From Tubulanus polymorphus (taxonomy: Eukaryota > Animalia > Nemertea), in contig NC_134031.1 of assembly GCF_964204645.1 (NCBI RefSeq), forward strand, positions 10,666,088-10,730,087: a DNA stretch of 64,000 nt, read 5' to 3'. Shown here piece by piece: positions 26,060-39,194 of the stretch; within the stretch, counting starts at the first letter, position 1, and every line of letters begins with the position of its first letter. The position numbers and the translations under genes were made by a program. The notes beneath the pieces are model-generated. The model saw only the letters and a program-made list of their open reading frames with translations. It ran no database searches and had not been told where the DNA came from.

Positions 26060-26319
26060 TTCTCGAACAACCGCCCGAATTGCTCGGCGTCAAATGAAAA
26101 AAATTGTTTGTCTGCGGCAACAGGCGACAGCGATTGCTCGTTGTCGAAAGGATTTGCTCCTTGTCGTCTGATATCAAACATGTTTGATTTTGGGCGACGG
26201 AAAATTGCTTGTCGCCAGTGGTAGCAGACGGGCAACACCAAGCAATCGATTGGTCAACGGTTGCTTAAAAATCGGTCGCAGCAACCCGCGACTCAAAATT
26301 GCCTCGTGTGCGCCGGGCT
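26060..26319. mobile_element. Truncated Harbinger-like MITE
   Basis: GC/CpG-rich island ending …CGTGTGCGCCGGGCT|TAA; second TIR not found. Confidence 0.4.
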
Positions 26320-28336
26320 TAAGGAGAGGGATAATCTGTTTATGAAGGTATTGATGAATACAACAATAATTCTTTTGAGTAAGTAGGTCTAGGGGGTACC
26401 TTAGGCCCAGTGACCTAGATACATATATGATTAGCAATTAGGATTTCATTTGAAGTAAATAACGCAATAATTGTTTTTTCAATCTTTCCATAGACTTTTT
26501 CTGAAGAAGTGGAGAACACAAATGACATATTTTATCATCATCTGTGCAGTCTGAGGTGCCCAGGGGTCATTCAGATCAAACGTTACCCCACCAATACGAT
26601 ATCGTTCACGGTCGAGTTCTATATTTCCGTACCATAGTTCTATGAAAATATTTGTTCAAATAACTTTCTTTTATCATCATATCATAGACAAGAAGTGTAG
26701 TTATCAATTTCTGTATGGAAATTGGCTTTATTTTCAGGATTGCTATTTTTCCAGGCTTCGATTCCAGAAATTTTCCATGGTAATCTCGAATCAAAAGTGG
26801 CAGAAATCGATCACATGACCTCAACGCACCAATCTGAGCCAAGGAAAATTATTCTCAAATGTAGCCCTGATTCATATCTCAAATTTGGTGTCTAGTTTGT
26901 TTAGGTTGAGTAGTTTCTGAGTAATGCTAAGTTAACTGGAGACACTAGTTTCATCCAAAAATCATCTCAATATTACAGGGATGAAAACAGGAGGTATTGA
27001 AATCCGCGGACATTTTGAAACATTATGAATTTACCTTTACACTATATAACCTACTGGAAAACATTTAATTATTCACTGACGATATATTATTCTGATAATA
27101 AAAATGATATATTATGATAATCGAAACTATACTATTTACTCCTTATACACACCACGGCACAAAGCCAAGTAGAAATTAACTATACGACAGCAATGTTATT
27201 GCAAAACTAATGATGAAGTGATAGGATTTAACCCCAAATGGAACAGACTCACCATGTAGAGAGTGTCTAGCCTCCCTTTATCTCCCTAAATCCCAAATAA
27301 GATTGAGGGATCATCCACAGAAATAAATTGCCCATGGGCAAAGTGTGGTTTACCTTGAAAGCTAAAGGTTGTTGGAGTAAGGGCATTGCTTGAAAAATCT
27401 TTTTAATTCGTGACTTCAAAGTTCTAGAAGTTTATATTGTATTTTATCTTTCTTAAAGAATTATTTTGTAGTCAAATAAGACCAAAGATAAACATTTGTT
27501 TATGGTCTACGTCCAAAATGTCCTAGGGTGCAGGTAGGCGTGGCAGGGAAACTATTTTATATTTTCAAAAAATATTTTTCACAATATGAAAAAATATTCA
27601 AATATAATTCATATGATGTCACATATCAGAGGGTGGCTGAATATTGAGTCTTGAAAACGAAACCTCTTCCAATGTAAGGCCACGGAAGCTAAAACACGGG
27701 GGCGTAGTATTAGATCGTTTTAAATCCTGGAATTTACCACTACAATATTCAGACCTCGATCTATACCTATACATGTAGTTCGCTACTTAATATTATTCAG
27801 CAGGTTATCATTATTACTAAACGTGCACGCGCCAAGCAGCATTACAGCATCCCCATATAGTAGTCTATATGAGCGTGTGTTTGTGTGTGCAACAGTCTAG
27901 TGTTAAGCACTCCCAGGCACGTGGAGGCCTTGTTTAGGGAACGTTAGCTTCACTTCAATCTCAATCAACACAATCACCGGGTATTAAATTGAAACAATAC
28001 CAATGGCGACATGTGAAATAATTATAATTCTCACCAGCAATGAGCATTTAAAATTCGCACATATATTGCACAGAGTCCAATGAAACGTTCGCCATTAATG
28101 GCTTTCCCATAATTAATTTAGTAGCGGCAGAATTCTCCGTATATCCGAAAAACAGCCAATCACTCGTAGAGACGATGCCCCCCCCCCCCCCCCAATCAAG
28201 GTCATTGCAATTATAATAATTTTCCCGCCAAAAACAGTTTTTCGTCGAATTTAAGCAAAGTTGACCATGTCATCGACAGACGTACGCCATGTCTTCAATT
28301 ATATCGATTATACGTTGTTTTAACCGAGAACCAATG

Positions 28337-29428
28337 AAACTAGGGGTCCAGGGACACCATGCCCACTTGGGAAGTGGTTCCAAATGCTCAACAATCTAAC
28401 AATTTCAATATTCAACGCCCCCTGGTGACCATATACAAAAACCAATGTCCTTGAAACTCGTCACAATCATACAACATGTCAGAAGCTACGATTTTGTAAT
28501 TGATTGTGATAACAATATATGCCTCGTTACCAATTTAATATGGAAATACTAAATTATTCTACTATTTAACACCCCCTGGTGACCATATTCAAAACCCAAT
28601 GACCTTGAAACTCACCACAATCATAAAACATGTCACCAACTAAAACTTTGCAATTGATTGTGGTTACAAAATATGCATTGATACGAATATAATATAGAAA
28701 TACTAAGATATTGTATTATTCAACGCCCCCTGGTGGCCATATACAAACACCAATGGCCTTGAAACTCACCACAATCATAGAACACGTTATGAGCTACAAC
28801 TTTCTAATTCATTGTTATAACAAAATACGCTTAGGTATCATTATAATGTGGAAAAACTCTTTACCACCTACGAATGAGTGCTTATGACACCAAGATGGCC
28901 GCCAATTGCGTCATAAGTGGCTGATAAAAAAAACCTTTTCAAAGAATACCCATCAAAAATTGCAATGAGAAATGGCAAACTAGTCGGGAGCTACAGGACT
29001 CAGAATTCGAGCCAAAATTGACATTTTTGGCCACTAAAAAAGGTCATAGGACAGTCATCTTGAGTCCGATCGACCCAATTATTGTTATGCTGATGGGCCC
29101 TGGGGAGATTCACAAATATCTGAAAGATCAAGGTAATTGATCAAAGCGTCTTAAACATTTCCCTCAAAAAGTTCAAAAATGTGTAAAAAGTGTTAATTTT
29201 GGCGAACAACAATTGCTGCAAGTCGGCCATCTTGATTCTGACAGGGGCAGTTTTTGGGCTGAAGATGTGTCTAGGGTAGATACATGTATACAAATATCAA
29301 GACATTACATTGAAGCATCTTCAAAACTTCCCAAAATAACTGGATTCTATGACGGAGGCTATGACGGATGACGGACGAAAAGTGAACGCAATAGCACGCT
29401 GGGACTAAAGTCCAAGTGGGCTAAAAAA
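28337..29428 (-). mobile_element. HINE family A (complete copy, nested in repeat family E)
   Basis: Same termini as the 18517 copy; splits CCAATGAA|AAAAATGCTC, which is intact at about 20772. Confidence 0.82.
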
Positions 29429-29643
29429 ATGCTCATATAAAAAAACGTACCACGATTTTGCATGAATTAGCTCAATGCCAACTTCATACCGACAAACCAA
29501 AAAGATGCAACATTTTCCAGGGAGTTGTATAGAAATATCACTGGTGAACAATCCAAATTCAGAGAATATAGGCAAAACCATAGCGAAGTATAGGTACTTG
29601 AAGGAAATTTGAGTTAGTTGACACAAGAATGTGATTTTCTTAC

Positions 29644-29714
29644 CAATGTTGGTTCATAAACTCTTTCTGTGTTACCGTAAATGTACACAATTTGTTGTTC
29701 AACGATTCCTCATC
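29644..29714 (-). CDS. UBR4: UBR4 exon 12, UBR-box start (DEESLNNKLCTFTVTQKEFMNQH)
   Basis: TAG/GTAAG; near-invariant peptide. Confidence 0.95.
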
Positions 29715-30920
29715 CTATAACATGTAACAAAACAAAGCAAATAACTCATTTCTTGCGATAATAACCAAAAAATCAACCCAAAAGATGCCTTTCCCAAATA
29801 TTCTCCTTTCTTGCACAGGACAAGTATATTCTCATGAGGGCAAGTTGATTAACATTATCACTTGTCTGCTAGGGCCTTTTTTTTTTGTTTCACAGCTTTT
29901 TCCCCAATCAATACATCGGATGATTGTGCAGCCAATTAGATAGCCCGTTGGATTGCCTGTATAGGACAAGCGGATTTTTGAGGAGGCAAGTGAAATATAA
30001 GATATGCTTGCCGCGGGCAAATGGCTTGTATTCCTTAGGTCCAACCCAGTCTTGCTCATTCAACAAATAAAACCCCTGCATTTCGTTTTTATGCAAAATA
30101 GGGACAAGTTTTCAGCGTTAATAATCATAGTGAACAATGTAGGATAAATCAGTGAACAATCATCATCTTACATGGGAAAACTAGAGGCGCACAGGCCTTG
30201 CAAAGTCTAAGCATCAAACAAAGTATTTCACGATATGTCACACGTGTTACAAAACTTGGTACGTTCCGTTTGAGATTTACAACGGACCTACCCAATTACA
30301 TATACATACCAAAGTTAGACAAAAAATCACATAATATTTGATGTATATAGAGCGCGTACAAGAAATTCAAGACGTACACTGTAGTGGCCATATATTAGTT
30401 GAGCTAATTTTCAATACCTGATTTCCCTTCTAGAACAATTTCCAAGTGATTCCCTTCTGAAGGGTTTTCCCTGTGATATCATCATCAAGAAACAAGAAGG
30501 TCAATCATCGATTAGTAGAATGGGGAAATTTCATTGAAAGTTTGCACATTTTCTCGAATTACTTCTGAATAGCTTAGAGCTGATAAACGAAACTCTCCAT
30601 ATTAATTCCAACACCTTTCTCCCTCCTTATGACAAATTATCAGCTGTGTATTTCCAGTGGTTACAAATGTGCCACCAAGAGCTAACAAAAAAGTTACTCT
30701 CAGGACCATTCTATAAGGGTCAACACAGGTGATCCTAAAAAGCAGGGTTTTTACATGTTTTTCAAGAATACATCCCCCAGAAATAACTCAATCACTATGA
30801 AAAGAACCCAATCGCCAATGTTAGTGCCTTGTTGACACACCAGTACTCTATTCATTTTCAATGAAACTGCTTGCACCAGACAGTTTGCATAGGCAAACCT
30901 ATGGTTCACCAAAAACTTAC

Positions 30921-31115
30921 AGAATCTTCAGCGTTAGATCCCTCATCATCTGGCAAATCATCAACCCAATCACTATCGACTTCTTGCAACTGCAAGTCTG
31001 AGTCAAAAAGCGGCGACACCATACCATCGTTGTCAGTAACCGTTATTTTCAGCGCACCAAGAATATCACCAATGTATGAAAGCAAATAACAAGTGGATTC
31101 CAACATTGTTTGGTG
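30921..31115 (-). CDS. UBR4: UBR4 exon 11 (HQTMLESTCYLLSY…EVDSDWVDD…AEDS)
   Basis: CAG/GTAAG; EVDSDWV motif. Confidence 0.93.
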
Positions 31116-32396
31116 CTGAAAATACATCAATAAAAATCAATTTAACAAAAGAGCATCATACCAATACTAATTTTACCATTTGTATGTGGTTCAACTACAA
31201 TTCTTATTTACTGAAAAGAAAGGACAACTGGAAACTAAGAGAAATAGTAGCCTCGATGTGCTTGTCAATACTTGACTGAATTAGGACTTCAAATAAGACA
31301 CTAATTGATGGCTAATTAATGGCCGATTTGTAAGACCCTCTAAAAACAGGGATTATAGATAGTAATGATAATTCATTTTCTTATATATATTCATTTCATT
31401 TTCTGACGATAAACCTTCAGCGCCTATATTATATGTGGATACTCCTCTATGTAATTTCAACTGAATCTGAAAAACTTGAGTGAGAGCTTCGTTAGCAATA
31501 CCACCCGGCTGACAAAAAATGGGAATGATTACCTTTGCTGAAAATGATGGGGGCTATCCTCAATAAACTGAACCATGCAGAACAGGAATATGGTTTTATC
31601 TAATCCAAAATGGGCAAGCTATTTTGAATACAACTATGAACAACATCAATAAGGGTTTGCATCTTGTACACGTTGTACGTAAATATGAAGGCTGCATCCT
31701 GTAGGACAAGAACATGGTATTTCACGTATCCAATATGACCACCAGGCAGCCATCTTGCATGAAAATAATTATAATAACAATCTATTTCTTACATAGTGCA
31801 TAACTTGTAATAATCTATGTTTGTTCTACAGTAGAACTGGCGTAAGTCGGACTATTTTAGTGTCAAACAATTGTACTATCTTAATTTTTGTTTGAGTATG
31901 ATGTATGTGTACTATGTGATGTGTAATGTTCTGAACCGGAGAAATTGTACGATTGTCGAGTAAAACTGCTATATCGAATATTCTACATCAGTTGTCTGTT
32001 TGTTAATTGCCTGTGAGCTACGTTCCCCTTTAACTATCCGAGTTGCTACAATATGGTTAACATCCAGGGAGCTTTGTAGGAGTGCAATCAGTCCAAAGTC
32101 TGAGAAATTAGGCTAAACAATAGGAGGTGCTTGAAGGAATATCATCCATGTTAGGTTTCTACAAGCCAACCCAGAGTGTTCGTCAGTGCCTGTGTTATGT
32201 TCTATATTTAATTAGATGGTGGAAATTCACGGTTTCACACAAATAGGTATGAATGATCCCAATTCTTCTGCAATCTACCTGTGCCCGGTTCCCCTTGTTA
32301 GTATCAAGATTTGACTGACTTAGATGAGTCTGTAAGCCACCCTCAGAAAAAAAGGGTGGCTGCATGCTAAAAGAAGTATATAATGCGTACCACTAC

Positions 32397-32499
32397 CTTA
32401 CTGCCACTGTTAAATCCACCATTATTGCCATCAGAGGGTGCCACCGTTTTCAGTTTCTGAATCTTTTGAATTACATCTTTTTGCGACAGGTATGTTTTA
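32397..32499 (-). CDS. UBR4: UBR4 exon 10 (KTYLSQKDVIQK…GSK)
   Basis: CAG acceptor; AAG|GTAGTG donor chosen because it keeps phase 0; YLSQK motif. Confidence 0.82.
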
Positions 32500-33226
32500 C
32501 TGAAAAAAGAGAAAAGATTTTGGTCATGAAGACTATAATTATGGTGTGTACTGTTTACTACCGCCAGATTTCCAGGACAAATCAAATCAGAGTTACATGG
32601 TAATCAATAAATTGTCAGTATATACAAGTCACTGTTTTTCGAATTTGGATCAATACAGATGCGGTGGTCTCTTTGAATACTCTACACACAAACTGATTTT
32701 CTGATCAAGGTAGGGAATGCCACACTGCCATATAATATACTTCCTTGAAGGTGAAAATAAATATGGAAGTGGAATAACTCATTGAAACTCTATTGAAAAT
32801 GTTTTCAAAAATATTGAATAAAAATATAAACGTGAACCAACCACAAAAAATGGAAGAAAATATAGCTTCCTTTTTCATTTAGATGATAAACTCTTATTCA
32901 AAATATTTCTTAATCGATTGCGATCAACTATCATCACCATTGAGTATGATAAAACTTAAAGCCACAATCCCAGAACTATTTCTTTCTGCATCACATTCAT
33001 ATAGACAAGTGTGATGACAGGCAACATACATAACCGATTTCCAGGCATCGCCATATAGATAAAGATCAATACATTTCATATACTGAGAATTTAACATAGT
33101 CACAGACTTACCAAAATTTCCATCATTATAAAAAAACAAGGCCGCTACAAGCCCTGTATATACACCAAATAACAAGACAAACCCTCGAAGCCTCTTCAAG
33201 AAGAAGGAACGAATGAACAGACAGAC

Positions 33227-34562
33227 AACTAGGAGTCCAGGGACACCATGCCAACTTGGGAAGTGGTTTCAAATGCTCAATCTAACAATTTCAATATTCA
33301 ACGCCCCCTGGTGACCATATACAAAAACCAAATGACCTTGAAAATCACCACAATCAAAGAACATGTCAGCAGTTACAATTTTGTAATTGATTGTGATAAC
33401 AAAATATGCCTCGTTACCAATTAAAATATGGAAATACTAAGTTATTCTACTATCCAACGTCCCCCTGGTGACCATATTTAAAACCCAATGACCTTGAAAC
33501 TCACCACAATCATAGAACATGTCATGAACTACAACTTTGCAATTGATCATGGTAACAAAATATGCCTAGGTACCACTATAATAAGGAAATAATAGGTTAT
33601 TCTACTATTCAACTATTCCCTGGTGACCATATAGACAACTTATTTCCTTAAAACACACCACAATCATAGATGATGTCATGAGCTACAACTTTGCAATTGA
33701 TTGTGGTAACAAAATATGTATTGGTACAAATACAATATAGAAATACTTAGATATTGTATTATTCAACGCGCCCTGGTGCCCATATACAAAACCAATGAAC
33801 TTGAGTATCGAGGTATCGATATAATGTCGAAAAACTTTTTCCCACCTACGAATGAGTACTGATGACACTAAGATGGCCGCCAATTGCATGATAACTGGCT
33901 GATCAAAAATACCTGTCTCAGGTATAAAACATCAAAGAATACCCATCAGCAATTGCAATGAGAAATGGCAAACAAGTAGGAAGCTACAGGACTCAGAATT
34001 CGGGTGAAAATTGACATTTATGGGCACTCTAAAGGTCCTAGGACGACCATCTTGAGTCTGATCGACCCAATTTTTGTTATGCTGATGGGCCATGGGGGGT
34101 TCACATATACACGAAAGATGAAAGTCATTTGATTAAGGCGTCTTCAAAATTTCCCTCAAAAAGTTCAAAAACGTGTTAAAAGTGCTGATTTTGGCAAACA
34201 ACAATGGCTGCCAGTCGGCGATCTTGATTCTGACAGGGCCAGTTTTTGGGCTGGAGATGTGTCTAGGGTAGATGTATAAACCAAATATAGAGACATTACC
34301 TTGAAGTGTCTTCAAAACTTCCCAAAATAACTGGATTCCGTTTACGGACGGACCGACGGAGTCTGTAATTATAGAGATACTGTAGGAAAGTTTAGGTTGG
34401 ATTTTTGCCATGTATGACAAGATGGTAGCTTGATGAGCCTGTGTTTTTATGGACGAATGGACGGACGACGGACGAAAAGTGAACGCAATAGCCTGCTGGG
34501 ACGAAAGTCCCAAGTGGGCTAAAATTGAAAGCAATAGCCCAGTAGTCCAAAGTGGGCTAAAA
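33227..34562 (-). mobile_element. HINE family A (4 internal units, duplicated terminal hairpin)
   Basis: Same termini; GCAATAGCC…AAGTGGGCTAAAA present twice at 34486-34562. Confidence 0.8.
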
Positions 34563-35221
34563 ATCGTGACTCATTAGGAAGATAAAGGCCTCGGAACTCA
34601 GACCAGAAATAACCTTTCCGGCCACAACAAAGTTCACAGGATAGCCTCTTGTGCCGATCAACCCAATTTCTTCTATGCTGATGGGAACTGCGAGAATACA
34701 AATATGTATGCCAGAGCATGATCATTGATTGAATTACACTGAACACTGTATCTTCAAAATTTCCCTAGAAAACTTTGTATGTGTAAAGTGACCTTAGCTT
34801 ATTGGACAGTGGCTTATTGGCAGGAATATAAAGTATTGAGGGGAAATATGTATGTATGCCGAGGGGAATGGTTTATGTACAAGCATACAATTGGCACTTA
34901 CAGCATAATGGCCCTTAACCTAGTTTAATCCTTTCGGAGCTGACTAATTAATACCGGAAAATAATTCGAAAATTTCCAGCCCAGTGTATCAAATAAGAGG
35001 CATTACACCGCGGCCCGGTGTATCATTACTTATAACTGTGTTTTAGAGGTGCTGCCATCTTTCATTAGAGATTAAAACATTAACGAATTGCATCAATACA
35101 CCGCAGAGCATGAGTTGACTCAGTTCACCAAACGAATTAAGATTTATTCTCTTAATTTTATTTGAAAGTAACAAGAAAGCTTAACATTTTCAGAACGAAT
35201 AATTTTGAAATGTTTACTCAC

Positions 35222-35413
35222 CACAATTCTAACCAACAAGTGGCAGCCTTGAACAAAGCTCGATGACCATTACCAGAACCAGCTCCAGCCAGTGTAGCCA
35301 TGACAACCATCAGTTCAGAGAAGCCAATCCCTTCACTCGTCGGTGAAAGAATCTTAGAACCCATTGGAATTAAGGCATATAGTATGGTTTTTGCAACTTC
35401 CTCACTAACATGA
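35222..35413 (-). CDS. UBR4: UBR4 exon 9 (…GFSELMVVMATLAGAGSGNGH…)
   Basis: TAG/GTGAG; conserved ELMVVMATLA. Confidence 0.93.
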
Positions 35414-35486
35414 CTAAAACAAAATCATTTTGTAGTTGAGAAAACAAAGCAAAGAAGCTACATATGCATAATGCAATGTGATTTAC

Positions 35487-35566
35487 CTCTGTTCTTTAAC
35501 AATGTATGTTGTGAGTGCTTGCAATAACAAACGATTCTCTTGAGTTTTTCCCCCATCTTCACAATT
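35487..35566 (-). CDS. UBR4: UBR4 exon 8 (…QENRLLLQALTTYIVKEQ)
   Basis: CAG/GTAAAT; conserved QENR…LTTYIV. Confidence 0.9.
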
Positions 35567-35665
35567 CTGTAACAAAAGATCAGGATCATTTTTCTTCCAT
35601 TTTGAACAAAAATTGCTTGCCTAATCTACTACATTAATTGTAGTCAGGAATGGTATTCTACGAAC

Positions 35666-35787
35666 CTGCTGGGGTCCAAGAATCATTTTACTGAGCCAGC
35701 TGTGCAGAGTTCCAGAATCTACTTCAACCAATGCTATCAGTGAACTACATAGCACCTTATAACTTTTGTCGGCAGGGTTTTTCTCAG
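35666..35787 (-). CDS. UBR4: UBR4 exon 7 (EKNPADKSYKVLCSSL…GPQQ)
   Basis: TAG acceptor, GTTCGT donor; phase-compatible. Confidence 0.85.
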
Positions 35788-35863
35788 CTAAAAAAAAGAG
35801 TAGATAGGGCCAATAAGTGTAAAAAATGGTAAAAAAATTTGAGATTCTTTTATTAAAGCTTAC

Positions 35864-35959
35864 CTAGTTGAAAGAGTTTGTTAACGAGCTTTAGCACTTT
35901 AGTGTCATATGCAGTCGTAAGATGTTCATTGGATGTTGAAAGCAGAATATTCACTAATT
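35864..35959 (-). CDS. UBR4: UBR4 exon 6 (LVNILLSTSNEHL…KLFQL)
   Basis: TAG/GTAAG; KLFQL motif. Confidence 0.9.
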
Positions 35960-37825
35960 CTAGGAATAAAAGAGTTTTAAATGGACAACATGGGTTTCAG
36001 AAAATTCAAATGCCCCCCTAACAGAGGAACTGCGTACAGTAAATTTGGTTGAAATATCCAGGGCCATTTGTCCACAGGGAAGTGAGTGAAGTGGGCAATA
36101 TGCCTCGTAGCACTGGCATCTTGAATCAAGGAAAGATTGATTGCCGGTGTTGTCACTATCACATTCTGTAAATTGCTAGGGGTGTAGTGATATTTTTTCC
36201 GACTAGAATGAGGCAGCAAAGCCACGTATTTCTCCCTTGAGTAGGCAAAAAGCATAGTGGCAAGAAATTGAAAACAGGTAACAAACATAATGCATACTTC
36301 ATGAACAGCAGAGTTTACTCAATTGTTCATGTTCATATTACATGTACATGTACTTTATTGTTTGACTTAATAAGAATTAGGGGTCCTAATTTGAGGTCCC
36401 TAAAAATTTCAAGCTTAAATATTCAAAACTGAATATTTTGTGAAAATAGATCAGAATTTAGGTTAATTACGGAAAATATCAAAACTTACATAAAAAAGGC
36501 CCTAAAAAGCGGACACTTTCCACTTCTTTGCTAATCCTGTAAATACCGTAATGTATTCCTAATTAAACTTATTTCAATTAAAAACTTCTCTTTTTGGAAC
36601 AGACACCGTATGACAGTATTAATGATACAGTCTCATTAATGAGACAGTATTAATATAGTACAGCATGTACATGTACATGTACATATGTATATTAGCTATG
36701 GATAATTTACTCTGATGTCATCAAAAATGTTGCCAAACGTTTGCCGATCGTCTATCCATAAACGGTGTTGTAGCCGCTGGCCTCCGGCTGGCGTCATTGT
36801 CTAATTTTTTTCAAGAATGTATTCTATAGGCAAAATAAAACAATGACAAGACAAATCCGAGCTAGGATTTCATTGAAATTGCCATATTAAGTTCGGGATA
36901 CTAAATAAGATAGCCTACTCCATTATAATCCTCATAACGAACAACTGTAAGCGAAGAAACTGTAAACTAAGAACAGCACGAAGGTCAGAAGAATTGCTCG
37001 CCCTTTTGTGACTCCCATAACTACGTCAGAGGCACTGAAATTCCTGGAAATTCTAAGAATTTCCCATATTCATGTCAGAAACATGAATATAGGTCAATGC
37101 AAGTAACTTGAAGAAAGCGAAGAATTTTTCAATGATTTTAGCAATTTTCTCGGAAAATATTGCATCATCCGTTCAAAGCTTACAGGCTAGACCTCCGCGC
37201 ATCAATTCAAATTGCTTCAAGATAAAAGACAACCCCGTAAGTATTACCACTAAATTTTGTGCCCCAATTTAACATACTCCTTGGCAGACTGCCAACCAAC
37301 ACCGATAACATAGGCAAACCAAAAATGGGGCTACGCGAAGAGAACGAAACAGTCTATCAAGGCCGTATCACTCAGAAGCATCCACACCACAGTCCTCACT
37401 CACACATCACGTACACACTTATTGAACAGATGAAAAGAAATAGAAAATGTTTACACAATTTATATATTAACATGTTTGTATGGAATAAAATGGAAATAAA
37501 TAAAAAATAAATAAATATGCTTGAAGGTATGTTCGCTTTCCAATCTTCAAATTGATTCTGGGAGAGTAATCCATAAAAGAGGACCAGATATTTTAACCGA
37601 TGATTTACATACTGCTTACATCATCAAGCAAAACAAATTAATTGCAACAATTGCAGTCAATGGAACTATTCGTGATATGGGTAATCATTCTAAAAGAATG
37701 GACTCAACTTATATCTGACAAATTGTATTGAAAAATAATTTAGACGTGCATGTTATTTTCAGTTGGTCAAGGAAGGGTAACCATACGTATATTTTGTTTT
37801 TACCTGATAGTAGTCAATTACTTAC

Positions 37826-37932
37826 GTCCATTTGTTGAATAAAAGTTCTCGAAAGCTTTCTTTCCAAGTGGTTTTTCAAGGTGATTTTCCATGAATTTCA
37901 GAACATCATGAAATATTTTCTCATCAAGATTG
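37826..37932 (-). CDS. UBR4: UBR4 exon 5 (NLDEKIFHDVLKFMENHLE…)
   Basis: CAG/GTAAG; phase-compatible. Confidence 0.88.
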
Positions 37933-38103
37933 CTGTAGAAAAAAAATGAACGCTCATATTGGCCAATTACAGTTACATGATAAGAATCATTTCATCATCA
38001 GACGATAGGAAATGAAGTCGTAGCAAAATATTGAGAGGTCATTATACTAGTTTCAGCATACTATGCACAATGAATAGCTCAATTAATAAAATCATTTACT
38101 TAC

Positions 38104-38225
38104 CATGATTTTTTTGAGAACCGAGTCAATAACTGGTAGCATTTCTCGATAACGTATTCGTACATCTTCATATTAAACAATTCCTCATCAACTGGTCCAA
38201 GAATCCGTTCTAGTGTCACCACAGT
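38104..38225 (-). CDS. UBR4: UBR4 exon 4 (TVVTLERILGPVDEE…)
   Basis: TAG/GTAAG; LERILGP motif. Confidence 0.9.
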
Positions 38226-38352
38226 CTAAACATAGATGAGCAATTATGTCAAATTCTTTAGATGAAAAATGAAAAGACAGATGTTTGTTGCTTACACATA
38301 CGCCCACGCACAGATTCAAAGAAGACTGAATTCATACAAAAATACAACTTAC

Positions 38353-38443
38353 ATAGTCAGCAAGATGCTCAGTACAGGTATCAAATATGAGAGGAAATAA
38401 CACATTCACCATTTCAAGATTATTACTGTCATCAGGACACCAG
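38353..38443 (-). CDS. UBR4: UBR4 exon 3 (WCPDDSNNLEMVNVLFPLIFDTCTEHLADY)
   Basis: CAG/GTAAG boundaries; phase 2 to 0 fits. Confidence 0.88.
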
Positions 38444-38582
38444 CTGCAAAAGTCAAAGACCAATATGTATAATTCATGCAATGTTTATATCTATCATTCA
38501 TAAGGTAGAAAACCTAAGACATAGATTGATGCAACAAATTATTGCACAAGATATTCAATAAAAAGAAATAACCAATTTTAAG

Positions 38583-39165
38583 AACTAGGGGTCGAGAAAC
38601 ACCATGCCCACTTGGTGAAATGCTAGACAATCTGACGAGTTCATTATTCCAACATCCCCTGGTCAACAATACAGTAATCAATCAAGGATAAAACGAACCA
38701 CTACCATAGAAATGGTCATGAGCTCCTATTTTTCAGTTGATTGTGAAAATAATTGAGGTAACTTATAACCAGCGTTGTGGGTCGCAATAACTGTTGACCA
38801 GGGACGGCTAAAGGCTGAGACAAGACCGGGAGCCTAAGAGAGTAACAAGTCCGAACACGTTGGTTTCTTGATGCTAACTGATATTTATTCTGTACTACAC
38901 TTAACACAAACTAAAAATAGGTTACAGTCTCTGTTCTTGGCCACCCAGGGGTCAGTTACTATGGCCGGCATCTGGCATGGATTAACTATCTTACATAACG
39001 GCCCGCCGAAATACCCTCAGAATTAACCACAGATTGTGTTGACAAAATATGCGTAGGTACCATGTTATTCCGTTATTCAAGGCTCTCTGTTGACCATACA
39101 CAAACCAATGACCTTGAAACTCACCACAATCATTGAACATGTCATTAGCTACAATTTAGCGATTG
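38583..39165 (-). mobile_element. Degenerate family A fragment, interrupted
   Basis: AACTAGGGGTCG…CACCATGCCCACTTGG start; 155-bp unit remnants at about 39030-39165. Confidence 0.55.
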
Positions 39166-39194
39166 AACGCCGAAAAATAAAGCATACATCCTAA

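Noticed and set aside
34133-34534. 133-aa ORF with similar peptides at 4353, 24829 and 50966
   Set aside because: Chance frames in family A repeats; not kept open between copies.
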